A DNA stretch of 64,000 bases from Eubacteriales bacterium (GTDB taxonomy: Bacteria; Bacillota; Clostridia; Oscillospirales; CAG-272): positions 111,448 through 175,447 of the forward strand of contig JAZRRX010000039.1 in NCBI GenBank assembly GCA_045651165.1, in the 5' to 3' direction. The position numbers were made by a program, and so were the translations under genes. This document shows, one piece after another, positions 19,481 to 28,569 of this stretch. Position 1 is the stretch's first letter, and each line of letters opens with the position of its first letter. A model generated the notes under the pieces. It ran no database searches, was not told the DNA's origin, and saw nothing but the letters and a program-made list of their open reading frames with translations.

Positions 19481-20875
19481 ATGAAACTGACCACAAGAAA
19501 CAAAATCTGCTTCGGTCTTGGAACTGTCGGCAGAGATGCATTGTATTCACTTGTTAGTATGTACCTCTTGGTGCATTTGACTGACGTTGTAAAATTTTCT
19601 GATAAGGGTCTTGGCGTAATTGGTATTATGCTCACTCTTTTTGGAACATTCGATGCAATTATCGACCCCTTTGTAGGTGCGATAGTTGACAACACCAAAA
19701 CAAAATGGGGTAAATTTAAACCTTGGATATTGATTGGTATGATTGGCACAGCTATTCTCACTGTTTTAATGTTCCATAACTTTAAGATGGACGAAACATC
19801 TCATATCGTTCTTCTTGCAGTAACTTACCTTCTTTTTAGCATATTCTTCTCACTTAACGACATCTCTTATTGGTCACTTATGCCTGCGATTTCTAAGGAT
19901 CAAGGTGTTCGTGAAAGCGTAGGTGCGTTTGCAAGAATTTGTGCAAACGTAGGTATGTTCTCAATGGTTCTTATATACCTCAATGTTCCCGGATTCTTCC
20001 CCAACCTTAATAATCGTGATGCATACTTTATTTTTGCAATTATAGTTGCTATTATTATGATGGTTTTCCAAAGCATTACTATCTTTGGTGTAAAAGAAGA
20101 CCGCTCACAACTTGAAAAAACCGAAAGAACTACTATAAAAGATCTTTTCCGTGCACTTTTCAAAAATGATCAACTTATGATAACTGCAGTTTCAATGGCA
20201 CTCTTTATGATTGGATATTGCACAACTACAGGATTTGGTACATACTACTTTAAGTATGCCGTTAAGAACGAAGATTTGTATATGATCTTTGCTGCAGTTC
20301 TTGCGGTAGCACAACTCACAGCTCTCTCTGTATTCCCTCTTTTTAGAAAGAAATTCACAAGAAAACAGCTCTACACTGGTTCAATGATAGCAGTGACTAT
20401 TTCTTATGTAATATTCTTCCTCTCCTTCGAGTGGTTGCCCCTTATCATTATTGCTGGTCTTGGTCTTTTCTTTGCTCAGGCGTTTATTCAACTTCTTATG
20501 CTCCTCTTCCTTGCGGATGCTGTTGAATACGGTGAATGGAAGCTCGGCAAGAGAAATGAAGCTGCAAGCTTTGCTGTTCAGCCTTTCATCAATCAGTTCG
20601 GCGGTGCAGTAAGTAAGGGTATTGTATCATTTACACTTATTATTTCCGGAATTAATATGATTGCACAATCCCTCACAGGAGATAAGATTATTGACGCAGA
20701 ATACATCATGAATAACACTTCTGATACTTCTGTATGGATAATGAAACTTTCTATGATGATTCTTCCTCTTATTTGTATTTTGATAGGCTTCTGGCTCTAC
20801 CACAAGAAATTCAAAATTGATGAAAAGATGTATGCGCAAATCTGCAAGGATCTTGAAGAAAGAAATAAACAATAA
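19481..20875 (+). CDS. Glycoside-pentoside-hexuronide (GPH):cation symporter, MelB-like
   Basis: 464 aa, about 12 TM helices; 5 nt downstream of the GH36 gene; N-terminal GLGTVGRDALY pattern typical of GPH carriers. Confidence 0.8.
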   Translation: MKLTTRNKICFGLGTVGRDALYSLVSMYLLVHLTDVVKFSDKGLGVIGIMLTLFGTFDAIIDPFVGAIVDNTKTKWGKFKPWILIGMIGTAILTVLMFHNFKMDETSHIVLLAVTYLLFSIFFSLNDISYWSLMPAISKDQGVRESVGAFARICANVGMFSMVLIYLNVPGFFPNLNNRDAYFIFAIIVAIIMMVFQSITIFGVKEDRSQLEKTERTTIKDLFRALFKNDQLMITAVSMALFMIGYCTTTGFGTYYFKYAVKNEDLYMIFAAVLAVAQLTALSVFPLFRKKFTRKQLYTGSMIAVTISYVIFFLSFEWLPLIIIAGLGLFFAQAFIQLLMLLFLADAVEYGEWKLGKRNEAASFAVQPFINQFGGAVSKGIVSFTLIISGINMIAQSLTGDKIIDAEYIMNNTSDTSVWIMKLSMMILPLICILIGFWLYHKKFKIDEKMYAQICKDLEERNKQ

Positions 20876-20882
20876 AAACCAA

Positions 20883-20916
20883 AAGCCCTCGGCAACACCG
20901 AGGGCTTAATTTTTTT
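20883..20916 (+). terminator. Rho-independent terminator of the aga/GPH operon
   Basis: Stem AAGCCCTCGG/CCGAGGGCTT, loop CAACA, then a T-run. Confidence 0.85.
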
Positions 20917-21435
20917 AAAAATTTAATTCAAAAATAAAAAAGCATAACATGAAATTGATTGTGCGTGATTGATACCATAAGCTTGATATTTCGCTGCAAA
21001 CAAATGACTGTTATGCTTCTTTTATTTTGTGGAAAACGCGTATTGGCCCATGCGTTCCACTACGAGGGTTATTATACCACAAAAAAATAGATTTGTAAAT
21101 TATTAAAATTGCCAAATATTTGGCTAAAATTTCGTGGAAATTCATAGCAAGTAGAAAATTTGACACATTTCGACCTGATTTTTTGTGTATTTCGACAATA
21201 CTTTTTCTTGTTTTTCATTATTCGATATGTAACAAAAAATATGTTGTGTGAAAATACAATTGAATTCCTGTAAATAAACTAGTTTATAAGTTTATCACGA
21301 GTTAGAAAATGACGAAATTTCCGAGCTTATGCCTTATAAGAAATGGCAAAATAGAACATACAAAAAATTTGTTAACGCTTGATGACTAATAAATTAAATA
21401 AATATATATTTTTTAAATTTTTTTTACAAAATCTC

Positions 21436-21464
21436 TTGACTTTTGTCTAAATATATGGTAATAT
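21436..21464 (+). promoter_or_regulatory. Sigma-70-type promoter of tRNA-Pro
   Basis: TTGACT (21436-21441), 17-nt spacer ending in TGG, TAATAT (21459-21464); about 15 nt upstream of the tRNA 5' end. Confidence 0.6.
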
Positions 21465-21479
21465 ATACAAGTCGAAAAT

Positions 21480-21555
21480 CTAGGTGTAGCTCAGCTGGGA
21501 GAGCGCTACCTTGGGGTGGTAGAGGCCGCAGGTTCAAGTCCTGTCACTTAGACCA
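21480..21555 (+). tRNA. tRNA-Pro (anticodon GGG)
   Basis: Hand-folded cloverleaf. Acceptor CTAGGTG/CACTTAG, D-arm GCTC-AGCTGGGA-GAGC, anticodon stem CTACC/GGTAG with loop TTGGGGT, T-arm GCAGG-TTCAAGT-CCTGT, encoded CCA. Confidence 0.85.
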
Positions 21556-21558
21556 GAA

Positions 21559-21597
21559 AAAACCTTGAAAACATTGAGTTTTCAAGGTTTTTTCTTT
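21559..21597 (+). terminator. Terminator after tRNA-Pro
   Basis: 14-bp stem AAAACCTTGAAAAC/GTTTTCAAGGTTTT, then T-rich sequence. Confidence 0.8.
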
Positions 21598-21601
21598 TGC
21601 C

Positions 21602-21645
21602 TGTTACGCAGTTTTTAAGCGGGGTGTTACACAATTTGTTACGCA
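21602..21645 (+). repeat. Triple TGTTACRCA module A (candidate integrase arm-type sites)
   Basis: TGTTACGCA 21602-21610, TGTTACACA 21625-21633, TGTTACGCA 21637-21645. The same three-site layout recurs at 46893-46935 and 58786-58828. Confidence 0.6.
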
Positions 21646-21691
21646 GATTTGTATAATGCCCTAGCTTTTTTATTGTGTCTTTGTACATACT

Positions 21692-23206
21692 TTATATTGC
21701 CCTATTCAAATTAAAAGTCTGTACTAGTCTTTTTTTGATTTCTTTTTCTTTTTCAACAAATCCTTCAAAATTGGAAACAATTTTTTCAAGTTGATTTATT
21801 ACTTCGTCTGTTTCATATCGGGTATCTTCATCGCAACTATCGTCAATATTTCCTTCTTCGTTGTATGAAACAAATCCGTATTCAATCTGGATAAAACCTT
21901 GCGCAGGCTCATCACTTCCATACAGCTTCAAACACAATGTATCTTCGCCGCCATCGTCACACGAAAGGTAAAGTTCATCCATCTTTATTCCAATAAGTTT
22001 TTTGTTTTCATTATAAAAATAAAACGCATCACCATAATCAAAACTATCTGACAACTCTCCAATACATTCAGAGTAGTCCAACTTTGTGGCTTGTTCATTT
22101 ATATATTCAACGACAGCGAGTAGGTCATTTACTGTGCCTTCAATATCATTGTCATCCACAAATGCTTTCCATTTTTCAATAAAAAGTGGCATATTTTCAA
22201 TTGGAATAGACAATACATGATTGATAAGGTCATCGCAATAAAACAAATTTAGTTCTTCTAAATCATTGTAACATTTTCGTATTCTTTCTGAAAATGAAAC
22301 AATTTCATCGGCAAATTCTGATTCTCTAAATTCTTCAATAAACTTTTCCTCATAGGTACCCAACGAACTTAATCCAACAGATTCACGAGCAATGTCCTTC
22401 ACCTCAGAACAAAAGTCCAAATACTCCTGTTCTTTCTGCTCACGCATTTCTTGTTCGAACTCTTCTTTAAGAGATGCATTATTTATTTCCACGGAAAGAT
22501 CGTTGCCGATTAATTTTTCAAAATGTCTAGTAAATACTATTTGTTCAGACAACCCCTTTTCCGCGATATCTTTCAGTATATCTTCGTGTAGTTTCTCGCT
22601 TTTAACATTTTCACAAAAATCACTTGCATTACCTGTAACTAAATATATTCTGTCTTCAGGGTATAATTCAACGATATCTTTTATATTCAATAATGTTTCA
22701 ATAATCAATGCGTCGGCAAAGCAATCTTTGGATTCGTGATGAAATGGCGCAATTTTATAAATTCTGCGTCTTAGACAAGCTGAACGTAATTTGTCAGTAT
22801 CCTGAACGACCAAACTATTTCGATGTTCGAATAAGTTCTTAATTATAGATGATAACTCTACCGAATACTGAGATAATTTTGACTCATAAATAGTACTTAA
22901 CTCGTGTAAAGTTCCTCTTGCCTTTTCCTTGTATTCTTTTACTTCCAAACCATCAATAGTACAACCATTAATTCCGTATATTTCGCCGATTGCTTTCTTG
23001 GCCTCTTTTATAGTTTTCCCTACCTTGGACAATTCATCACCAATGTGCTTGTACGTTTCATGGACAACAATAGATGGAAGCAAGAGCTTGATTTCATCAT
23101 AATCCAATAACTTAATAAAAGATTTAAGCAATGAAGATGAAAAATTGTTTTTTCGATCAATAATCATATCCAAAAAAATATTTGTGTCTATGAGTAAATA
23201 TTTCAT
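21692..23206 (-). CDS. PIN-like domain protein with ~300-aa uncharacterised C-terminal region
   Basis: N-terminal MKYLLIDTNIFLDMI, plus later acidic positions (VVHETYK, DCFADALIIE, TGNASDF) in PIN-like spacing. GGAGGAAAGAA RBS 17 nt after the upstream gene. Confidence 0.6.
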   Translation of the reverse strand: MKYLLIDTNIFLDMIIDRKNNFSSSLLKSFIKLLDYDEIKLLLPSIVVHETYKHIGDELSKVGKTIKEAKKAIGEIYGINGCTIDGLEVKEYKEKARGTLHELSTIYESKLSQYSVELSSIIKNLFEHRNSLVVQDTDKLRSACLRRRIYKIAPFHHESKDCFADALIIETLLNIKDIVELYPEDRIYLVTGNASDFCENVKSEKLHEDILKDIAEKGLSEQIVFTRHFEKLIGNDLSVEINNASLKEEFEQEMREQKEQEYLDFCSEVKDIARESVGLSSLGTYEEKFIEEFRESEFADEIVSFSERIRKCYNDLEELNLFYCDDLINHVLSIPIENMPLFIEKWKAFVDDNDIEGTVNDLLAVVEYINEQATKLDYSECIGELSDSFDYGDAFYFYNENKKLIGIKMDELYLSCDDGGEDTLCLKLYGSDEPAQGFIQIEYGFVSYNEEGNIDDSCDEDTRYETDEVINQLEKIVSNFEGFVEKEKEIKKRLVQTFNLNRAI

Positions 23207-23223
23207 TTCTTTCCTCCAAAAAA

Positions 23224-24345
23224 TTACTCTTCAGTAGGTAATGGGTTTAAACCAATAATAAAATCAGTCAGCAGAATAGCATTAAGTGATGCCTTCTTAT
23301 TAGGATAACGCTTATATTTGCTATGTGAAATGCCATTCCTATTTGGAACTCCTTCGATAACTTCTTCAGGAGTATCGCATTGACTCATAATAAAGTTGTC
23401 GTAATACTCACCGAAAATGGGTTCAAAGTCATTTTCGGTTAATAACTTTCCAAAGTCTTCTTTGGTCTTTTTAGATCCCTGCCTACCGACTACGTTTGTT
23501 TTTTTGTGGATCAAACCTTCCCACATTGTAGCTAAGCACGTAATCGTTAATGCATATTCTCCGCGCAGGTGCGCTTCAATAGCTTGTCCTAATATCTTTT
23601 TTGTGTGTGGCTCTAAATCAGAATTTCTCCACCCGCGCTTTATGATCTTTATTTCTTTGGCTGTGTAATAAGATAAAATCACTTTATCAATACGCTTTTC
23701 TCGCCTCTGACTCGCTCCTCTGCTTGACACTATGATTTCATTGACCTCGGCAAAAAGCTCTATGTTAACAGTCCATCCTGCATAGGGAAACCATTTTGAT
23801 TCGTACATAACTTGAAGATATCGTTCGTTCAATTCACGATAACGTTGCAAAACATCGCTATCAAAATTGAGGTTTTCAAGTATTGTTTTTAATGGCGTAA
23901 AATCGAAACTGCTGATCCATTGTACAAAAGGAGAATTTACATAAGTCTGCAGAGCAACAGTACAACTCTCGATCACAGCATGCATTGAGTTATATAACGA
24001 GGCCGATGCTTCACCTATACTTTGAACGGCTGAATATATAGCTGGATTGATTTGAAAATTAGCAGACCATACTGCAAATTTGGTTAATGCGGATACTGTT
24101 TCTGAAAGCATCGACTCTCTATAACTATTTAACACATTATTATTTGCTACTTGAGTTAAGGCTGTAACTATAGATGGCTGAACTGAAACAGTAGGCATTA
24201 CCATCGTAGTTGATTCAACAATAGCTCTGAACTTTTCTTGCCTTTCTAATGCTGGCGTTATATTTTTTTGCAGTTGTTCCATACCCTCATCATTTTTACT
24301 AACAACCTTTTCAATAGCATCGTAGTTTTCCTTGTCTGTAATCAT
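23224..24345 (-). CDS. Uncharacterised protein with C-terminal HEPN-like (Rx4H) region
   Basis: C-terminal helical region ILGQAIEAHLRGEYALTITCLATMWEGLI ... VPNRNGISHSKYK (R-x4-H). Start set to the ATG at 24345 behind GGAGG; the ORF track starts at 24366. Confidence 0.5.
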   Translation of the reverse strand: MITDKENYDAIEKVVSKNDEGMEQLQKNITPALERQEKFRAIVESTTMVMPTVSVQPSIVTALTQVANNNVLNSYRESMLSETVSALTKFAVWSANFQINPAIYSAVQSIGEASASLYNSMHAVIESCTVALQTYVNSPFVQWISSFDFTPLKTILENLNFDSDVLQRYRELNERYLQVMYESKWFPYAGWTVNIELFAEVNEIIVSSRGASQRREKRIDKVILSYYTAKEIKIIKRGWRNSDLEPHTKKILGQAIEAHLRGEYALTITCLATMWEGLIHKKTNVVGRQGSKKTKEDFGKLLTENDFEPIFGEYYDNFIMSQCDTPEEVIEGVPNRNGISHSKYKRYPNKKASLNAILLTDFIIGLNPLPTEE

Positions 24346-24577
24346 AATGGCCTCCGTTCCTTCCAAATTACCCTTCTATAATCATATTAGTTCATATGTC
24401 AAACGCCATTTATTGAAGTTACATAATTATATCACATATCATCTGTTTTTTCAATACAAATAATCAAATGCAAATATATATTTAATTTGCAACATTTCTG
24501 CTAACAATTCCCTTTTGGCGTTCGCGGGTGGGAGAATTCGCGATATAATTAGCTTAACGTTTTATGGGAGGTTAATT

Positions 24578-24850
24578 ATGAAGTCGATACTTGAGGAGTT
24601 GTTTTACGGAAATATATGTCCTAACACGGACTGCAGGGGCAATGATGAGCAAACGAAGGAGCTTATGGTTTACATAGCCGATCATCGCAATACGCTCAAG
24701 GGTGAACTCACGGAAAAGCAAAAGGAAATTTTAGAAAAGTTTGATGATTGTTGGAACGAGCTTACTGATATTAACGAGCGCGAGATATTCATTTATGCCT
24801 TTAAGCTTGGTGCTCGGATTGCCATTGAAGTCCTCTCAAGCAAGGAGTGA
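24578..24850 (+). CDS. Small acidic helical protein directly upstream of the integrase
   Basis: ATG at 24578 behind GGGAGG; ends 10 nt before int. The position would suit a directionality factor, but no HTH was recognised. Confidence 0.5.
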   Translation: MKSILEELFYGNICPNTDCRGNDEQTKELMVYIADHRNTLKGELTEKQKEILEKFDDCWNELTDINEREIFIYAFKLGARIAIEVLSSKE

Positions 24851-24859
24851 GGTGGCATT

Positions 24860-26035
24860 ATGACAGGTTGTGTTGCGGAGCGTAATGGTGTATATTACGT
24901 TCGGTTAAGTTATTACGATAGAAATCACAAAAGGCGGGACAAATTCATAAGCACTGGGCTTTCGGGTCGTGGTGCTAAAAAGAAGGCAACTGCTATGATC
25001 GAGCAATTGATTGAAAAATACAAGTATCTTGAGAAAAGTGATCATCCATCCAAGATGGCTGACTATCTAATAATGTGGAAAAATCTTCGCAAAAGCGAGG
25101 TTGCTGAAACCACTTATGACGGATATCACACCTATATTGATAGGCACCTTGTTCCCTATTTTAGAGATCTCAATTTGAATATTCAAGATATCACTGCAGG
25201 TCATATTTTTGATTATGTCAATTATCTTTCTAATGACGGTGGCAGAAAGGATAACAAGATTGGCGGGCAATCTAACACCTCAATTAGAAAGATTATCAGT
25301 ATTCTTAGACAGGTATTTGAATATGCCGTTCTATATGGAGATATCAAAATCAACCCTGCCCTTCAAGTGCCCTTGCCCAAGAAAACCAACAAAAAAGATG
25401 AGCGTCAAGTTTTCTTGACATCCGAAGATGCTCAAAAGATGCTTGACGCTTTTCAAAACGAGGAGATTGGGCCTATTGTTTATGTAACGCTTTATTATGG
25501 ATTAAGAAAGTCCGAAGCGCTTGGTCTTCGTTGGCAAGCCGTTGATTTTGATGCTAACACTATCACGATAAATCACACTGTGGTTGGCAACGGTCATATT
25601 GTAAGAAAAGATACCACCAAGACATACACAAGCCGACGAACTTATGAGTTGCTCCCCGATGTTAAGGCGTTACTTTTAAAACTAAAAGACCAACAAGATG
25701 ACTACAAGCGCAGGCTTGGTTCAGGCTATCATATGAACGATTATATATTCAAGAATCCTAATGGCGTACCCTACCGTCCCGATAGCCTCACACGGAGTTT
25801 TAAGCGCGCCCTGGCTCGTCACGGACTTCCTCAAATGCGCTATCACGACTTGCGACATTCGACCGCCTCTATCCTTGTCGATAAAGGTTGGGACATCAAT
25901 GATATAAAGGAGTGGCTCGGTCACGCTGACATCTCAACCACGGCGAATATTTATGCGCATATTAGCCATAGAAAGAAAGTCTCGCTCGCTAAAAGCCTGA
26001 ATGGGTCGCTGAGTTTTGAGCAAAAATCTGAATAA
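24860..26035 (+). CDS. int: Tyrosine-type site-specific integrase
   Basis: ALGLRWQAVDF (Arg I), YHDLRHSTASILV (H-x-x-R), LGHADISTTANIYAH (catalytic Tyr region); 391 aa. Confidence 0.9.
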   Translation: MTGCVAERNGVYYVRLSYYDRNHKRRDKFISTGLSGRGAKKKATAMIEQLIEKYKYLEKSDHPSKMADYLIMWKNLRKSEVAETTYDGYHTYIDRHLVPYFRDLNLNIQDITAGHIFDYVNYLSNDGGRKDNKIGGQSNTSIRKIISILRQVFEYAVLYGDIKINPALQVPLPKKTNKKDERQVFLTSEDAQKMLDAFQNEEIGPIVYVTLYYGLRKSEALGLRWQAVDFDANTITINHTVVGNGHIVRKDTTKTYTSRRTYELLPDVKALLLKLKDQQDDYKRRLGSGYHMNDYIFKNPNGVPYRPDSLTRSFKRALARHGLPQMRYHDLRHSTASILVDKGWDINDIKEWLGHADISTTANIYAHISHRKKVSLAKSLNGSLSFEQKSE

Positions 26036-26088
26036 TATATTTGCAAATTAAATTTATTGTGTTATAATAAAAACGAGGCGGTGAAAAT

Positions 26089-26508
26089 ATGGATATTAAT
26101 TCTTTAGAGAGATTTATCGAGGCGCAAGAACGCATGTATTCTTTTGCATTACAAGAAATAAAAAATGGTAGAAAACGCTCCCATTGGATGTGGTATATCT
26201 TACCTCAATTGAGAGGGCTAGGCAGGAGCTCCATGGCTCACATATACGGCATTTGTGGACTTGAGGAAGCCCAAGCATACCTTGAGCATCCGGTGTTGTC
26301 TGCGAGATTATACGAGATTTGTGGCGCGTTGCTTGAACACAAGGGTGCAAATATAGTTGAAATATTTGGGGATATTGATGCCCTTAAATTACGTTCATCT
26401 ATGACCTTGTTCTCTCTTACAAGTGAGGACTATACAATATTCGACGAGGTACTCAATTGCTTTTTCGATGGTGAAATGGATGAGGCAACTTTAAAGCTTT
26501 TATCATAA
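26089..26508 (+). CDS. DUF1810-family protein
   Basis: LERFIEAQERMYSFALQEIKNGRKRSHWMWYILPQLRGLGRSSMA matches the DUF1810 N-terminal signature as I remember it. Confidence 0.7.
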   Translation: MDINSLERFIEAQERMYSFALQEIKNGRKRSHWMWYILPQLRGLGRSSMAHIYGICGLEEAQAYLEHPVLSARLYEICGALLEHKGANIVEIFGDIDALKLRSSMTLFSLTSEDYTIFDEVLNCFFDGEMDEATLKLLS

Positions 26509-26600
26509 ATCTTCTCTTAAATTTGCTAAATTATATAGGATGACAATATTTTGTCCTCTGTTGACATCCTAGTAATTTATAAATATAAGGAAGTACTATT

Positions 26601-26975
26601 ATGGAAATTAATAAAACTGCAGAAAAACAAATTAATAAAACCACTGAGACTTTAAGAAAAGAATTAGAAACGATGAATAGCTCCGAACTACATGATATGT
26701 TCATGGTTTTCTACAAGCTCAACTACCGCCATGGAAATATGATTTATGGTGATAAATTCAATGAGTTTCTTGAATCTTTCACTAGCAATCCTTTTAGGCT
26801 CAATGAAGATAAGACCTTCAAAAAGGAATTAATAGATAACCTAATCAGCTACAACACTGAACACATGAGTCTACTCACTGCAAGTCTTCTTATAAAGAAG
26901 AAGTTTACTATTGAAGAGGTAGTAGATAACTACTACGCCAATGTTGATGCCTTTGGTAATGATATGTTTTATTAA
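26601..26975 (+). CDS. Hypothetical protein
   Basis: 124-aa ORF with an upstream AAGGAAG RBS; no recognisable domain. Confidence 0.5.
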   Translation: MEINKTAEKQINKTTETLRKELETMNSSELHDMFMVFYKLNYRHGNMIYGDKFNEFLESFTSNPFRLNEDKTFKKELIDNLISYNTEHMSLLTASLLIKKKFTIEEVVDNYYANVDAFGNDMFY

Positions 26976-27029
26976 ATAAAGTAGGGATTGATAGGACAAA
27001 ATATCAATATTGCTTTTACTGATCATAAG

Positions 27030-27066
27030 AGTTGGTGCTAGTCCAGGCACCAACTTTTTTCTTTTT
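27030..27066 (+). terminator. Rho-independent terminator
   Basis: Stem AGTTGGTGC/GCACCAACT followed by TTTTTTCTTTTTT. Confidence 0.8.
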
Positions 27067-27132
27067 TGTTTAAAAATTTGCGCTAAATTAATTGAAGAAT
27101 GTGTAAAGTCATAGTCAGAGGTGGGTCTAGAT

Positions 27133-27624
27133 ATGGAAGAAGTTTATAAAATGAAAGACGCGCCACAGACATCTAAAATGATATTAAAATACAACCTAGA
27201 CAGGTTAGACAAAAACAAATTTAAGATGTTTTATAGCATACTGGTGCACTATTGGGCCAACTATAAATACTTTATCGATATACGTAGTTTCTTCAACCTA
27301 TGGTGTGAGCTTAACGAACTTTGTCATGAGGTGGATAAAAGCTTCCCTGACCAATATTATGATCATAATTTGGTGAAGGATTTCTGCATCGAGCATCCGT
27401 ATTATTTTATAGATATCCTCGACCTAGGACTTGTCAAAAAGCTCTTCTGTCAACACCTTAATGACCGAATTGATATACTTTCAGAGGTAGTTAATAAACT
27501 ATACACAGAAGGCCTAAAAGCCACCTACGAGTACTCTAATGAGGCTCTAAGATTGACTGAAGATGTTGATAATTTGGTCGAAGAAACAAAAAAACTTTTA
27601 AATGCCTTTAATGTTCCCCAATAA
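27133..27624 (+). CDS. Hypothetical protein
   Basis: ORF with its first ATG at 27133 (the track starts at a GTG at 27121); no recognisable domain. Confidence 0.5.
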   Translation: MEEVYKMKDAPQTSKMILKYNLDRLDKNKFKMFYSILVHYWANYKYFIDIRSFFNLWCELNELCHEVDKSFPDQYYDHNLVKDFCIEHPYYFIDILDLGLVKKLFCQHLNDRIDILSEVVNKLYTEGLKATYEYSNEALRLTEDVDNLVEETKKLLNAFNVPQ

Positions 27625-27650
27625 AGGAAATAAATTTTTAGTCACAAAAA

Positions 27651-27686
27651 GCATTGAGAACCATATGAGGTCTCAATGCTTTTTTA
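27651..27686 (+). terminator. Rho-independent terminator
   Basis: Stem GCATTGAGA/TCTCAATGC, 11-nt loop, TTTTTT. Confidence 0.75.
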
Positions 27687-27870
27687 TTTCCACTACCACG
27701 CCCTCTCTCAATCTTTCAAAACAATGCAGTTTGTATCCTATAAATAAAACCATTTTTAACTACCCTATTTATTTCTATCTCAACTCACAAAAACAACTTT
27801 TATTTTACTAACAAAAGACAGTTTTCTGTAAAGTTTATTTAACAAATATAAAGAGTAAATATATCAAAGA

Positions 27871-27900
27871 TAATTTAAAGTTTCAAGAAACTTTAAATTA
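27871..27900. repeat. Perfect 30-bp palindrome next to an AT-rich tract (candidate origin/operator)
   Basis: TAATTTAAAGTTTC-AA-GAAACTTTAAATTA, followed by TTATTATT-type low-complexity sequence (27901-27940). Confidence 0.5.
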
Positions 27901-28025
27901 AAATATTATTTTTTATTATTATTCTTTATTATTATTTATGTTTAATTTACAGACCAAATAAGTTCAAAATATGAACCACTATAGTTTGATTTTTAGTCAT
28001 ATGTATTTAAAATTGAATTGTTTTT

Positions 28026-28067
28026 TATATATAAAAATACACCTGCACATATTCAGTGCAGGTGTAT
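28026..28067 (-). terminator. Terminator of the RepA_N-like gene
   Basis: 12-bp stem ATACACCTGCAC/GTGCAGGTGTAT; the T-run on the minus strand is the plus-strand A-rich 28026-28037. Confidence 0.75.
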
Positions 28068-28071
28068 AAAG

Positions 28072-28458
28072 TTATTCAAATGGCATTTCTTCATCGTCAT
28101 CATTGGCATTTGAGTGCAACTCAAAATCATTATACAGTTTATTAACTGCACTCATGTCGATTTTAAAGTATCTCTTTTTAGGCATACCATGATGCTTTAT
28201 TTTAATTATACCATATGACTCAAGCTCTTTACATGCCACTAATTGCTGATGCTTGCTAAGCCCTGTGTTATTATACATATTTTCAATAGTGCTATAGAAC
28301 CAACCTCCTGACTGCAACCCACCGCGCTCATTCCAATATGTATATTCAGAATAAATTTCAGATAACATAATTGCAGTGTTAAGATTGAATCGCCTGATAA
28401 ATGGTCGTGGCAGTCTTATAAAGTCATATTGGAACATTTTTTCTAAATTGTTTTTCAA
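28072..28458 (-). CDS. RepA_N-like winged-helix DNA-binding protein (replication-initiator N-terminal domain only)
   Basis: FIRLPRPFIRRF ... GGWFYSTIENMYNNTGLSKHQQLVACKELESYGIIKIKHHGMPKKRYFKI follows the RepA_N / replisome-organiser pattern; only 128 aa. Confidence 0.5.
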   Translation of the reverse strand: MKNNLEKMFQYDFIRLPRPFIRRFNLNTAIMLSEIYSEYTYWNERGGLQSGGWFYSTIENMYNNTGLSKHQQLVACKELESYGIIKIKHHGMPKKRYFKIDMSAVNKLYNDFELHSNANDDDEEMPFE

Positions 28459-28531
28459 TTACTTTATACCTCCGTGTTTAGTATCTATTCATTTTCTCAA
28501 AGACAAAACTAAATTGATTGAAGAAATCTCA

Positions 28532-28569
28532 AGACATAGCTATAAATAGATCTTTTTATAGCTATGTCT
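28532..28569. repeat. Perfect 15-bp inverted repeat hairpin
   Basis: AGACATAGCTATAAA (28532-28546) / TTTATAGCTATGTCT (28555-28569). Lies between the LRR gene stop and the RepA_N-like gene start; could be a terminator or an operator. Confidence 0.5.

Noticed and set aside
24466-24495. ATGCAAAT ... ATTTGCA inverted repeat upstream of the integrase module, plus the ATTTGCAAAT palindrome at about 26040
   Set aside because: These are 7-10 bp AT-rich palindromes of a kind expected by chance in this composition. The evidence is too weak to call operators.
27901-27940. TTATTATT-type repeat considered as a CRISPR or iteron array
   Set aside because: It is a simple AT-rich low-complexity run with no defined repeat unit. 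It is kept only as possible DNA-unwinding context for the origin hypothesis.
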